From an uncultured Victivallales bacterium (GTDB lineage Bacteria; Verrucomicrobiota; Lentisphaeria; Victivallales; UBA1829): DNA of 64,000 bases. Both the position numbers and the translations under genes were made by a program. This document shows positions 9,783 to 19,467 of the stretch, one piece after another; positions within the stretch are counted from its first letter, which is position 1, and every line of letters begins with the position of its first letter. Where the stretch lies: the NCBI GenBank assembly GCA_944391115.1, contig CALXSJ010000001.1, forward strand, positions 3,169-67,168, given 5' to 3'. Below the pieces are notes generated by a model that did no database searches, was not told where the DNA came from, and saw nothing but the letters and a program-made list of their open reading frames with translations.

Positions 9783-10661
9783 TCAGCTTCTTGCCAGTTC
9801 CTCGGCATAATAGGAGCTGCGGACGAGCGGACCGGAGTTGACGTGTTCGAAGCCGATCTCTTTTGCATAGGCTCCCCAGGAGTCGAACAGCGCGGGTTCC
9901 ACATAGCGTTCCAGTTTCCAGTGTTCCCGGGACGGAGGCAGATACTGCCCGATCGTCAGAAAGGTCGCGCCCGTTTCGCGGATGTCGCGGATGGTCTGAA
10001 GCACTTCGTCATCCGTCTCTCCCATGCCGACCATGATTCCGGATTTGACCGGAATGCGTCCGTCCGTCATGGAAAACGCTTTCGCAAGCACCGCGAGAGA
10101 ACGCCGGTACTGCGCCTTCGAACGGATCAGCGGAGTCAGGCGTTCGACCGTCTCCACATTGTGGTTGTATACGTCCGGCTCCGCGTCAAGCACGGTGCGG
10201 ATATCCTTTTCCACAAAATTGAAGTCGGGAACCAGAACCTCGACCTTCACGCCGGGGATTCTGTTCTTCAGCGCCCGGATTGTTTTTGCAAAATGTTCCG
10301 CGCCGCCGTCTGGCAGGTCATCGCGCGTGACACTCGTCACGACAACGAAGGCCAGATGCATTTTCGCGGCGGCTTCGGCAAGATGTTCCGGTTCGGCGGG
10401 ATCGGGCGGAAGCGGCTGCTCGACATGCCCCACGGCGCAGAATTTGCAGTTGCGCGTGCACCGTTCTCCGAGAATCATGAACGCCGCGGTCCCGCGGTGC
10501 CAGCACTCGCAGAGATTCGGACACTGCGCCCCGCGGCAGACCGTGTTCAGACTGTTGGTTTTCAGCAGCGCATCCACATGTTCGCGCTGTTCGCCGCAGG
10601 GAACCTTGATTCGGATCCAGGGCGGCAGTTTCGGTCGGAAGTCGAATTTCCCGGTGCTCAT
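9783..10661 (-). CDS. lipA: Lipoyl synthase
   Basis: CRGAQCPNLCEC (CX4CX5C), CTRNCKFC radical SAM motif, VTRDDLPDGGA, C-terminal VRSSY. Confidence 0.98.
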   Translation of the reverse strand: MSTGKFDFRPKLPPWIRIKVPCGEQREHVDALLKTNSLNTVCRGAQCPNLCECWHRGTAAFMILGERCTRNCKFCAVGHVEQPLPPDPAEPEHLAEAAAKMHLAFVVVTSVTRDDLPDGGAEHFAKTIRALKNRIPGVKVEVLVPDFNFVEKDIRTVLDAEPDVYNHNVETVERLTPLIRSKAQYRRSLAVLAKAFSMTDGRIPVKSGIMVGMGETDDEVLQTIRDIRETGATFLTIGQYLPPSREHWKLERYVEPALFDSWGAYAKEIGFEHVNSGPLVRSSYYAEELARS

Positions 10662-10668
10662 TTCGCGC

Positions 10669-11901
10669 TCAGTATTTCGAGATCACGAGACTTGCATTGG
10701 AGCCGCCGAATCCGAAGCTGTTGCTCAGGGCATGCCGGATTTCGACGTTTTCACGCGTCTCGCGAATCAGGTCCGCCCATGCGAAGGAGTCGTCCGGATC
10801 GTCCAGATTCGCGGATTTGCAGAGGAAGGAGTGTTCGATCATCAGAGTGGTGAAGATCGCCTCGACCGCGCCCGCCGCGCCGATCATGTGTCCGGTCATG
10901 GATTTCGTGCTGTTGATCGCCACCTCGTGATCGGAACCGAACACCTTCCGGATGCCTTCCAGCTCGATGGGATCTCCGACGGGCGTCGAGGTCCCGTGCG
11001 TGTTGACATAGGTGACATCGGAACTCTTCAGTCCGGCGCACTCCAGGGCGCGGGACATGACTTCCGCCGTCGATTCCGCGTTCGGCACCACCATGTCCAC
11101 GGCATTGCTGTTGGCGTAGTAGCCGGAAATCAGTGCTTTCGGCGTGGCGCCGCGCTTCATCGCGTGCTCTTCGCTCTCCAGGACGAGCATGCCCGCGCCT
11201 TCCGCCAGCACGAATCCGTCGCGCCGTTTGTCGAAGGGGCGGCTCGCCTGTTCCGGGGTTTCGTTGAAACTGTGCGAGAGGGCGCGCATCGTGTTGAAAC
11301 CGAGCGCCTGCCCCCAGCTCAGCTCTTCGGAGCCGCCGACGATGACCATTTCATATTCGCCGGAGCGGATCAGCCGCGCTCCCGCGATGATCGCCAGCGC
11401 ACTTCCCGTGCAGGCCGCGCTGATGTTGTAGCTTTCTCCCGTGATTCCGTAAAGAAGGGAGATGTTCGCCACCGCCGAGGAGGGCATGATCTTGGGCACG
11501 GAGAACGGCGATACGCTGCGGAGACGTTTTGTCGCCTCGAACGACTTCATGTTCTTGTAGACCGTGAGGTAGGAGCTTCCGGCACAGCCGTTGATGAGGG
11601 CGATTCTGCGGTTCGGGAGATCCTCTGGCGTGAATCCCGCCTCGGTCAGAGCTTCGTAAACGGCGGCCGCCGCCATGCGGGAGTTCGGCGACATGAAGCG
11701 CAGATTCTTCACATTGAACATGGGACACTGGACCTCGTTGTCCGAGACGCCCGCCACCTGGCTTTCCAGACCCATATCCCGCCATTCCGGCATGAATACG
11801 ATTCCGGGCTTCCCGTCTTTCAGGTTCCGCACGTTCTGCGCGAGACCGTTCCCGAGCGGAGTTACGAGTCCGCGGCCCGTTACGACAACTCTCTTTGTCA
11901 T
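10669..11901 (-). CDS. fabB: Beta-ketoacyl-ACP synthase (FabB-like KAS)
   Basis: ISAACTGS catalytic Cys, HGTSTP, KSMTGH, SFGFGG; N-terminus and RFMS region resemble FabB more than FabF (by-eye judgement). Confidence 0.8.
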   Translation of the reverse strand: MTKRVVVTGRGLVTPLGNGLAQNVRNLKDGKPGIVFMPEWRDMGLESQVAGVSDNEVQCPMFNVKNLRFMSPNSRMAAAAVYEALTEAGFTPEDLPNRRIALINGCAGSSYLTVYKNMKSFEATKRLRSVSPFSVPKIMPSSAVANISLLYGITGESYNISAACTGSALAIIAGARLIRSGEYEMVIVGGSEELSWGQALGFNTMRALSHSFNETPEQASRPFDKRRDGFVLAEGAGMLVLESEEHAMKRGATPKALISGYYANSNAVDMVVPNAESTAEVMSRALECAGLKSSDVTYVNTHGTSTPVGDPIELEGIRKVFGSDHEVAINSTKSMTGHMIGAAGAVEAIFTTLMIEHSFLCKSANLDDPDDSFAWADLIRETRENVEIRHALSNSFGFGGSNASLVISKY

Positions 11902-12087
11902 GGCATGAGATCCTTTCCAGGCAGTTTTTCTATGCTCATTCGGCGCAATATAACCGTTTTTTCCGTGAATTTCAACACGGCAAGCCCGGGAGGGATGTTT
12001 TTTTTGATATTTTTACGGCTCGTTCCCTGCGGGGACATCCGCCGGTGCGGCGCGTGTCACCGCAGTGTCCGGTGCGCGGACTGCCCT

Positions 12088-14058
12088 TCAGACCGTGCCG
12101 CCGAGCAGAAGCGCAAAGGCTCTCCGTTCCTCTTCCGGCGCGATGACCGCAAGCAGGTCGCCGTCCAGGAAGATGAAATTCTCGTCCGGATTCGGGATCA
12201 GGTCGTTGCCCCGGATCACGCCGACGATGTGGACGCGGCCTTTTTCCCGGAGCGCGCCGCCGAAGGCGCGGTTTGCCAGTTCCGAATCCCTGCCGACTTC
12301 CATCCATTTGAAATCGACCATTCCGACGAAGGCGTTCAGATTGTCGCTGCGTTTTGCGTCGGCTCTGCTCAGCATCAGCGGCGTGGAGTAGCGGTCGCGC
12401 AGTTTCTGGAGATTGTTCTGAATCTGGATCATGGAGTAGTCCAGCTGGTGGAGCGCAAGGCGCGAGAGATCAAGCCCGAGCTCGAACACGGGACGCATCA
12501 CGTCGAACACCTTGTATTCGTGCATCGAGTCGGCCTCTTTCTGCGAGTAGGCCTGCGAGACGATTTTGATGTCCGGATTGAGAAGGCGCGCATTGCGGAT
12601 GATGTCCGTGTTCGTCTTGAACTCCTCCGCCGCCGCGATGATCATTCTGGCGCGCCCGACCGCCGCCGCCTTGAGGATCACCTCCTCCGAGGGCGAGCCG
12701 AATACGCATTCCAGCCCGTCCTTCCGCATTTCGTTGAACAGGAAGTAGTTCGGTTCGATGATGATGTAGGGGAGCTCGAAGTGCTCCATCACCTTCGCCA
12801 CGACGCGCTGCACCCGCCCGCCTCCGGCGAGAATGATGTGGTTGGTCAGCGTCGGCTCCGGCATCGTGAAGGTGTTCAGGACCGCCGTCGGGAAATGTTT
12901 GCGCAGATAATCGTAGGCGGGAGTTGTGAGCGAGGAGATCGGAGGTCCCAGCACCATCGAGCAGATGACCGTGCAGAGCATCAGCATGTAGAGATCCTGC
13001 GTCAGGATTCCCGCCGCGTAGCCGGAACTCAAGACGATGAAGGCGATTTCCGATGTCGGAAACATGCCGAAGAACATGGCCGTCGGAATGACATTGCGGT
13101 ATTTGAACAGCCACGCGAGGATCGCCAGGAACAGCGTCCGGCTCAGTCCGGTCAGCAGGACCAGAAGCAGAATGACCCAGAAGTGCTTCATCAGAAAGGG
13201 CACGTTCATCAGCATGCCGATGGAGACGAAAAAGAGCATGCTGAACAGATCGCGGACGGGAAGCATCTCGTACAGCGCCTTTTTCCCGTAATCGGAGCCG
13301 TTCAGGAGAATGCCCGCCATGAACGCGCCGAATGAGAAGGTCAGACACATTTTATCCGCCAGAAAACCGATCCCCAGACTGATGACGGTGATGCAGAGAA
13401 GGAACAGCTCCTGCGAGTTCCAGGAGGAGACGCGCCGCAGAATGCGCGGAATCACGCGCGGTCCGATCAGGAACAGCGCCGTTACGAAGGCCGCCCCGAT
13501 TCCGACCGGCTTCAGGGCGTTCATCAGCCCGCTGTTGAGGTTGTTCGCGTTCATCAGAAGCACCATCAGCGGGATGACGATCAGATCCTGCACCAGCGAG
13601 ACCCCGATCATCGACCGCCCGGAAAGCGTCATCATGCGGTTGTGCAGCGTCAGGCTCTTGAGCACGACCGCTGTACTGGTGGAGACAAAGGCCGCACCCG
13701 CGAACAGCGCGGGATAACTGGAAATGCCGAACATTCCCTTCAGGATGCCGAAAACGCAGAGAAGGGTCGCGCAGACCTGGATGATCGATCCCCAGACCGC
13801 GAGTTTCCGGACCGGACGGATGTCGTCCAGCGAGAATTCAAGTCCCATGGAAAAGAGCAGCAGCGCCACGCCGATGTCCGAGAGCCCCTGAAGCTGATTC
13901 TGGTCGATGACAACCCCGTTTGCCCCGCTGTTGATAAGACTGATCGTGACGCCTGCGAGAATGTATCCGAGCAGAAGCGGCTGCCCGAGGCGTTTGGCAA
14001 TGCCGCCGCCGACCAGGCCGCCGAGCATGATTGCAAGAAGCGCCGTTACAATACTCAT
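12088..14058 (-). CDS. CPA2/Kef-type cation:proton antiporter with TrkA-N and TrkA-C domains
   Basis: LGQPLLLGYILAG, LLFSMGLEFS, STSTAVV, QDLIV, FFVSIGM; C-terminal RCK domains (CVFGSPS, IVGVIRG). Confidence 0.92.
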   Translation of the reverse strand: MSIVTALLAIMLGGLVGGGIAKRLGQPLLLGYILAGVTISLINSGANGVVIDQNQLQGLSDIGVALLLFSMGLEFSLDDIRPVRKLAVWGSIIQVCATLLCVFGILKGMFGISSYPALFAGAAFVSTSTAVVLKSLTLHNRMMTLSGRSMIGVSLVQDLIVIPLMVLLMNANNLNSGLMNALKPVGIGAAFVTALFLIGPRVIPRILRRVSSWNSQELFLLCITVISLGIGFLADKMCLTFSFGAFMAGILLNGSDYGKKALYEMLPVRDLFSMLFFVSIGMLMNVPFLMKHFWVILLLVLLTGLSRTLFLAILAWLFKYRNVIPTAMFFGMFPTSEIAFIVLSSGYAAGILTQDLYMLMLCTVICSMVLGPPISSLTTPAYDYLRKHFPTAVLNTFTMPEPTLTNHIILAGGGRVQRVVAKVMEHFELPYIIIEPNYFLFNEMRKDGLECVFGSPSEEVILKAAAVGRARMIIAAAEEFKTNTDIIRNARLLNPDIKIVSQAYSQKEADSMHEYKVFDVMRPVFELGLDLSRLALHQLDYSMIQIQNNLQKLRDRYSTPLMLSRADAKRSDNLNAFVGMVDFKWMEVGRDSELANRAFGGALREKGRVHIVGVIRGNDLIPNPDENFIFLDGDLLAVIAPEEERRAFALLLGGTV

Positions 14059-14108
14059 GATGCCGTGTCATTCCCCCTGTTTGCCGGATTGCGCCGCATA
14101 CGGCCGTT

Positions 14109-16067
14109 TCAGCCGACCGGAACGCCATCCGGAAACGCGCCGCCGTCAATCGTCGCCAGCTTGAGCGTATCGCCGTTTTTCGCCGCAAGCAGCATCCCGA
14201 ACGATTCCACTCCGCGGATTTTCGCCGGCTTGAGATTTGCCACCACGATGATGACTTTCCCGACGAGCTCTTCGGGCGTGTAGTATTTCGCGATGCCGGA
14301 TACGATCTGGCGCGTTTCCGTTCCGAGCGAGATTTTCAGTTTCAGCAGCTTGTCCGCGCCCTCGACTTTTTCCGCTTCCAGGATTTTTGCGGTTTTCAGG
14401 CTGATCTTCGCAAAATCGTCGATCGTGACCGCTTCCGCGCCGAGCGCGACGGTTTCGCTTTTCTTTTCCTCCGCTTTCGGCTTGGCCTTCCGGCCTTCGG
14501 CCTTGAGCTGCGCCATGGGTTCCTCAATGACGATCCGCGGGAAGAGCGCCTCGGTGTCCTGCACCTGCGTGCCAGTCTCAAGCGTCCCCCATTTTGCGAG
14601 GCGGCCGCCGAAATCGGACTTTTCCGCGATTTCCTCGGGAAGTCCGAGCTTCATCCGGAATTCCTTCATCTTGCACGGCATGACCGGCAGCAGCAGTCCC
14701 GATACGATCCGCAGCGTTTCGGCCGCCGTGTAGAGCACGGTGGCAAGGCGCGTCATGTTCCCCTCTTTCGCGAGGGTCCAGGGCGCGGTTTTCTCCATGT
14801 AGCGGTTGGCCGCGCGGACCACGTTCATGACACTGTCGATTCCGCGGTCGATCTTCATGTTTTCCACCGCGCTGCGCATCAGGGCGATGGATGCGAGCGC
14901 CTGATCCCGGAGTTCCAGGTCGAGAGCCTCGTATTCGCCCGGCGCGGGAATGCGGCCGTCAAAGTATTTGATCGTGAGCTTGACCGCGCGGCTGAGCATG
15001 TTGCCCAGATCGTTCGCCAGATCGCTGTTGTAGCGTTTGATGAAGGACGCCTGCGTGAAGGAGGCGTCGCTTCCGAGCACCATTTCCGCCATCAGGCAGT
15101 AGCGGAACGCGTCCACGCCGAAGAGGTTCATCATGTCCATCGGGTTGACGACGTTGCCGAGCGATTTGCTCATCTTGTCCTGTCCGCTCAGCCACCAGCC
15201 GTGCGCGAAGATGGATTTCGGCATCGGAAGATCCATCGCCTTGAGCATGGTGGGCCAGTAGACCGTATGCGTTGTCAGGATGTCCTTGCCGATCAGATGG
15301 TGCGCGCCGGACCACCATTTCCGGAATTTTTCGTCGTCCGAGCCGTAGCCGATCGCGGAGATGTAGTTGATCAGCGCGTCGAACCAGACGTAGCAGACGT
15401 AATCCTTGTCGAACGGCAGCTCGATGCCCCAGGAAAGGCGCGATTTCGGACGCGAGATGCACAGATCTCCCAGCGGCTTGCGGAGGAATCCGAGCGTCTC
15501 GTTGGCACGGTATTCCGGCTGGATGAATCCGGGATGGGTCTTGATGTAGTCGACGAGCCAGTCCTGATAGAGGCTCATTTTGAAGAAATAGTTGGATTCG
15601 ATCAGTTTCGAGGTCGCCCGGCGGCATTCGGGGCAGAGGCCGCCTTCGAGCAGGTCTTTTTCCGTGAAATAGCGTTCACAGGGGATGCAGTAGTGCCCGG
15701 TGTATTCGGCCTTGTAGATCAGGCCCCGGTCGAAGAGATCCTGCAGAATCCTGCATACGATTTTCTTGTGGCGCTCCTGGGTCGTGCGGATGAAGTCGCT
15801 GTTGTGAATGCCGAGCCGTTTCCAGAGCTCCTGGAAGCGGATCACGGTCTCGTTGCAGTGGGCCAGGGGATCCATATGACGCTGTTCGGCGGCCTTCTGC
15901 ACTTTCTGCCCGTGTTCGTCGGTCCCGGTCAGGAAGAAGGTGTCGTCTCCCATTGCGGCATGGAAACGGGTCAGGACGTCGGCCAGCATGGTGGTGTAGG
16001 AGTGTCCGATATGCGGTTTGTCGTTGACGTAATAAATCGGTGTGGTGACGTAATAGTTGTTCGGCAT
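14109..16067 (-). CDS. metG: Methionine--tRNA ligase with C-terminal tRNA-binding domain
   Basis: HIGH and KMSKS signatures, CIPC/CPEC Zn knuckle, OB-fold ADKLLKL...ESFGMLL. Start at MPNNYYVTTPIYY. Confidence 0.98.
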   Translation of the reverse strand: MPNNYYVTTPIYYVNDKPHIGHSYTTMLADVLTRFHAAMGDDTFFLTGTDEHGQKVQKAAEQRHMDPLAHCNETVIRFQELWKRLGIHNSDFIRTTQERHKKIVCRILQDLFDRGLIYKAEYTGHYCIPCERYFTEKDLLEGGLCPECRRATSKLIESNYFFKMSLYQDWLVDYIKTHPGFIQPEYRANETLGFLRKPLGDLCISRPKSRLSWGIELPFDKDYVCYVWFDALINYISAIGYGSDDEKFRKWWSGAHHLIGKDILTTHTVYWPTMLKAMDLPMPKSIFAHGWWLSGQDKMSKSLGNVVNPMDMMNLFGVDAFRYCLMAEMVLGSDASFTQASFIKRYNSDLANDLGNMLSRAVKLTIKYFDGRIPAPGEYEALDLELRDQALASIALMRSAVENMKIDRGIDSVMNVVRAANRYMEKTAPWTLAKEGNMTRLATVLYTAAETLRIVSGLLLPVMPCKMKEFRMKLGLPEEIAEKSDFGGRLAKWGTLETGTQVQDTEALFPRIVIEEPMAQLKAEGRKAKPKAEEKKSETVALGAEAVTIDDFAKISLKTAKILEAEKVEGADKLLKLKISLGTETRQIVSGIAKYYTPEELVGKVIIVVANLKPAKIRGVESFGMLLAAKNGDTLKLATIDGGAFPDGVPVG

Positions 16068-16152
16068 GGCGCAGCTCCTCTCTCTGTTCTTTCCCGGTGA
16101 TGCGGCAGGGAAATAATATACTCCTCTTTTGCGCGGGAGCAAATGAAAAAGC

Positions 16153-16181
16153 TTGAAGAATCCGGAACAAACACTTATATT
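16153..16181 (+). promoter_or_regulatory. Possible sigma70 promoter for pepF
   Basis: TTGAAG-N17-TATATT in the divergent metG/pepF spacer. Confidence 0.45.
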
Positions 16182-16221
16182 TCAGGAAAAACTTCAACCA
16201 GCCAACCAGAAACGGTGAAAA

Positions 16222-18012
16222 ATGACGGACCATGCAACGAAAACACGCAGTGAAATCGCTCCGGAGATGACCTGGGATCTTACGCGTCTCTATGCGGACG
16301 ACGCAAAATGGGAACACGATTTCGCAGGAATCGACGATCTTGTGAAGGCATTTCTGCAATACCGGGGGCGCCTCGCCGAAAGCCCTGAAACGCTGCTTGC
16401 CGCGTTTCAGGCGGACGACGCGCTCTCGCTTGTCCTGGAACAGCTGTATGTCTATGCGCACCTGAAGGCGGACGAGGACACGGGTGACTCCGCCAACCGG
16501 GCGCGCCTCGACCGCATCCGTGCAAAGCATGCGGAGATCGGCGGGGAATGCGCCTGGTTTCAGCCGGAACTGACCGCGATGGATGCGTCCGTCTTTGAGC
16601 GCTTCCGCGCCTCGGAGGTTCTGGCGTTCTACCGCCGCACGCTCGATGAAATCGCGCGGGAACGTGAACACACCCTGTCCGCCGCAGAGGAGCGCATTCT
16701 CGGCATGAGTTCGGATGTGCTCGGAACTCCCTACAAAACCTTTTCGCTCCTGAATGACGCCGATCTCCGCTTCGGCACGATCCGCGGAGAGGACGGCGCG
16801 GAAGTCGAACTGACCCACGGGAACTACATCAAGTTCCTCGAATCTCCGGACCGCGCCGTCCGGAAGGCGGCTTTCGAAGCGACCTACGACACCTACGCGA
16901 AATTCAAAAACACCTTCTCTTCGCTGCTGGACGCGAATTTCAAGACTTCCGCCCTGAACGCCGATCTCCGGCATTTCCCGTCCGCGCTTGAAGCCTCGCT
17001 GTTCGAGGACAGTGTGCCGCTTTCCGTCTACGACGGCCTGATCGACACGGTCCATGCGAACATCGCCTCCCTCCACGGCTATTTCCGTCTGCGCGCGGAA
17101 AAACTCGGGCTGGAGAAGCTCGACATGTACGACATTCACACTCCCCTGCTGCCCGAATGCAGGATGCTTGTGGAGTGGCCGGACGCCGTGAAGTACGTGA
17201 AGGACTCCCTTGCCGTGCTCGGGGAGGAGTATCACTCCGCGATCGGCAACGCCTTTGAACAGCGCTGGATCGACATTCCCGAATGCCGGGGCAAGCGTTC
17301 CGGCGCCTATTCCAGCGGCTGCTACGGCAAGCCCCCCTATATCCTTCTGAACTATTCCGGGACGCTGGACAGCGTGTTCACGCTTGCGCACGAACTCGGG
17401 CATTCGATGCACTCCTACTTCTCCGACCGTAGCCAGGCGTTTCACTACGCCTCCTACAAGATTTTCGTCGCGGAGGTCGCCTCGACGACGAATGAGCTGC
17501 TTCTGCATCACCACCTGATGAGGAACGCTCCCTCCGACGAAGTGCGCGCGTATCTCCTCAACCATCTCGCCGACGAGATCCGCGGAACGGTGTTCCGGCA
17601 GACCATGTTCGCCGAATTCGAGCGGGACATGTCCGCCCTCTCCGAAGCCGGCACGCCGCTCACAGCCGACCTGCTTTCGGAAAAGTATTTCGCGCTGAAC
17701 GCGTTCTACCACGGCGACGCCGTCTGCCCCGACGGCCGCATCCGCTGGGAATGGGCGCGCATCCCCCATTTCTACTATGATTTCTACGTCTACAAGTATG
17801 CGACCGGATTTTCCGCCGCCGTCGCGCTTTCGAGAAAGATTCTCGCCGGCGAAATTCAGCCTTACATGGGATTCCTGAAGGCGGGCGATTCGCGCGACGT
17901 GCTCGACATCATGAAGGATGCCGGTGTCGATTTCCGCTCCGGAACGCCCGTTGAGGAATGCATGCGTTTCTTCGAGGAAACCGTTGGGACGCTCGCAAAA
18001 TACCTGAAGTGA
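16222..18012 (+). CDS. pepF: Oligoendopeptidase F (M3B)
   Basis: TRSEIAPEMTWDL start, GKRSGAYS, TLAHELGHSMH (HEXXH), AEVAST, WARIPHFY. Confidence 0.97.
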   Translation: MTDHATKTRSEIAPEMTWDLTRLYADDAKWEHDFAGIDDLVKAFLQYRGRLAESPETLLAAFQADDALSLVLEQLYVYAHLKADEDTGDSANRARLDRIRAKHAEIGGECAWFQPELTAMDASVFERFRASEVLAFYRRTLDEIAREREHTLSAAEERILGMSSDVLGTPYKTFSLLNDADLRFGTIRGEDGAEVELTHGNYIKFLESPDRAVRKAAFEATYDTYAKFKNTFSSLLDANFKTSALNADLRHFPSALEASLFEDSVPLSVYDGLIDTVHANIASLHGYFRLRAEKLGLEKLDMYDIHTPLLPECRMLVEWPDAVKYVKDSLAVLGEEYHSAIGNAFEQRWIDIPECRGKRSGAYSSGCYGKPPYILLNYSGTLDSVFTLAHELGHSMHSYFSDRSQAFHYASYKIFVAEVASTTNELLLHHHLMRNAPSDEVRAYLLNHLADEIRGTVFRQTMFAEFERDMSALSEAGTPLTADLLSEKYFALNAFYHGDAVCPDGRIRWEWARIPHFYYDFYVYKYATGFSAAVALSRKILAGEIQPYMGFLKAGDSRDVLDIMKDAGVDFRSGTPVEECMRFFEETVGTLAKYLK

Positions 18013-18062
18013 GCTTTTTATTGTTCGGGATCCAGTAAAACAGCGTCGGAATCGTCGATGAT

Positions 18063-18596
18063 ATGGAGAAGGACGGATACAGCGAGGAGGAGATCGAGGC
18101 GTTGATCGCGTCGACGGAACGCGCTCTGATCCGGTTCGCCGCATGGTATCTCGGGGACCGCGCCGACGCATGCGACGCGGTGCAGTCCGCCTACATCCGG
18201 TATGTGCGTTTCCTGCAGGGGCCGCCGCCGGGTGTCGTGAGGAATCCGGCGGCATGGCTCTTCCGGACGACGCGCAACATCTGTCTGGATGTGCTCAAAT
18301 CCGCACGCATGAGGCTGACGACACCGCTGGAGGAAGCGCAGCGCTGCGACTCCCGTGCGGCTGTCCCGGGATCGGACGACGCACTGCTTGCAAGAGATGA
18401 CCTGAAGCTGGTCTGTTCGGTGTTTGAAACGCTGAGCGGACGGGAACGGGAAATCGCCGTCCTGAAAATCGAACATGGCAAATCCTACCGTGAAATCGCG
18501 GAGATCACGAACCTGACGGTTTCCAACGTCGGATTCATCCTCCACGGCGCAATGAAGAAACTGCGCAGCGGTTGTAAGGAGAAGGGACTCTTATGA
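18063..18596 (+). CDS. ECF sigma-70 factor
   Basis: Region 2 DAVQSAYI...AWLFRTTRNICLD; region 4 SYREIAEITNLTVSNV. Confidence 0.93.
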   Translation: MEKDGYSEEEIEALIASTERALIRFAAWYLGDRADACDAVQSAYIRYVRFLQGPPPGVVRNPAAWLFRTTRNICLDVLKSARMRLTTPLEEAQRCDSRAAVPGSDDALLARDDLKLVCSVFETLSGREREIAVLKIEHGKSYREIAEITNLTVSNVGFILHGAMKKLRSGCKEKGLL

Positions 18597-19462
18597 AGAA
18601 CTGTGAGGCATATCAGGAGCGGATGACCGCCGGCCTTGCCGGGGAGCTCTCCCCGGAGGAGGAGGCGGAACTGCGCGCGCATCTGGAAAAGTGTCCCGCG
18701 TGCCGCGCGGAATTCGAGGAGCTCTCCCGCACATGGAAGCTGACGGAGGCGATGCTGGAGGCGACCGCGCTTGACGAAACACTTCCGGATTCGAACCGTG
18801 CGGAAATTCGCCGTGCGATGAATCCGCGCAGGCGTTTCCCCGCCGTCCGGGCGTTCTGGAAGATCGCCGCGATGTTCCTTGTCTGCGCGGCCGTTCTCTG
18901 CGTCGTGCTTCTCTCCGCGCCGGAAAACCGCCGGCATGTCAGGCTGGATGTCTTCCAGTCCTCCGGGGAGAAGCTGGAAAGTATTGCCGCGCTCAAAAAG
19001 TCATCCGTTCCGGCAAAGGGGAATCGCGCGGAAAAACCGATGGCTCCGGCTCGGGACCAGGTCCCCGCAGCGGAAGCCGTGATCTTGGCGTCTTCCGCAG
19101 CGGATTCTCCGGGAAAGGCGGAGCGCCATGCCGCCGCGGATGTTTCAAAATCCGGAATGGCTTCCAAGAACATGACTTTCAAAAGAAAGACTTGTGTCCT
19201 GCGGGAAAACAACGCTCCCGTCTCCGGCACGGCAGAGGAAACGCTGACTCTCGCATTCGGCGACTTCCCGGAAATCGGAGAGAAAGAGATTTCCGCCGTG
19301 ACCGCTTTTTTCCGGAAAAACGGCATCCGTCTCGAACCGGATGAAATCCGGCTCCGGAAGGAATCCTTTGAAATCCGTGTTTCTCCTCCGCGCATGGAGA
19401 CAATCCGCATTTTCCTCCGGAAGCGGAAACCGGAACGGACATTGCTGCCCGCGGGACGGTGA
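18593..19462 (+). CDS. Anti-sigma factor with zf-HC2 (ZAS) domain, single TM and extracytoplasmic region
   Basis: HLEKCPAC (HxxxCxxC), TM IAAMFLVCAAVLCVVLL; ATGA overlap with the ECF gene. Confidence 0.88.
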   Translation: MKNCEAYQERMTAGLAGELSPEEEAELRAHLEKCPACRAEFEELSRTWKLTEAMLEATALDETLPDSNRAEIRRAMNPRRRFPAVRAFWKIAAMFLVCAAVLCVVLLSAPENRRHVRLDVFQSSGEKLESIAALKKSSVPAKGNRAEKPMAPARDQVPAAEAVILASSAADSPGKAERHAAADVSKSGMASKNMTFKRKTCVLRENNAPVSGTAEETLTLAFGDFPEIGEKEISAVTAFFRKNGIRLEPDEIRLRKESFEIRVSPPRMETIRIFLRKRKPERTLLPAGR

Positions 19463-19467
19463 CGAAG

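Noticed and set aside
10024-13335. 1103-aa plus-strand ORF and similar very long ORFs (7170-9692 -, 15676-18255 -, 19487-21688 +, 31130-33820 -, 44509-47508 -, 47240-49930 -)
   Set aside because: Antisense shadow frames of well-supported genes in GC-rich DNA; no motifs and atypical Arg/His-rich composition.
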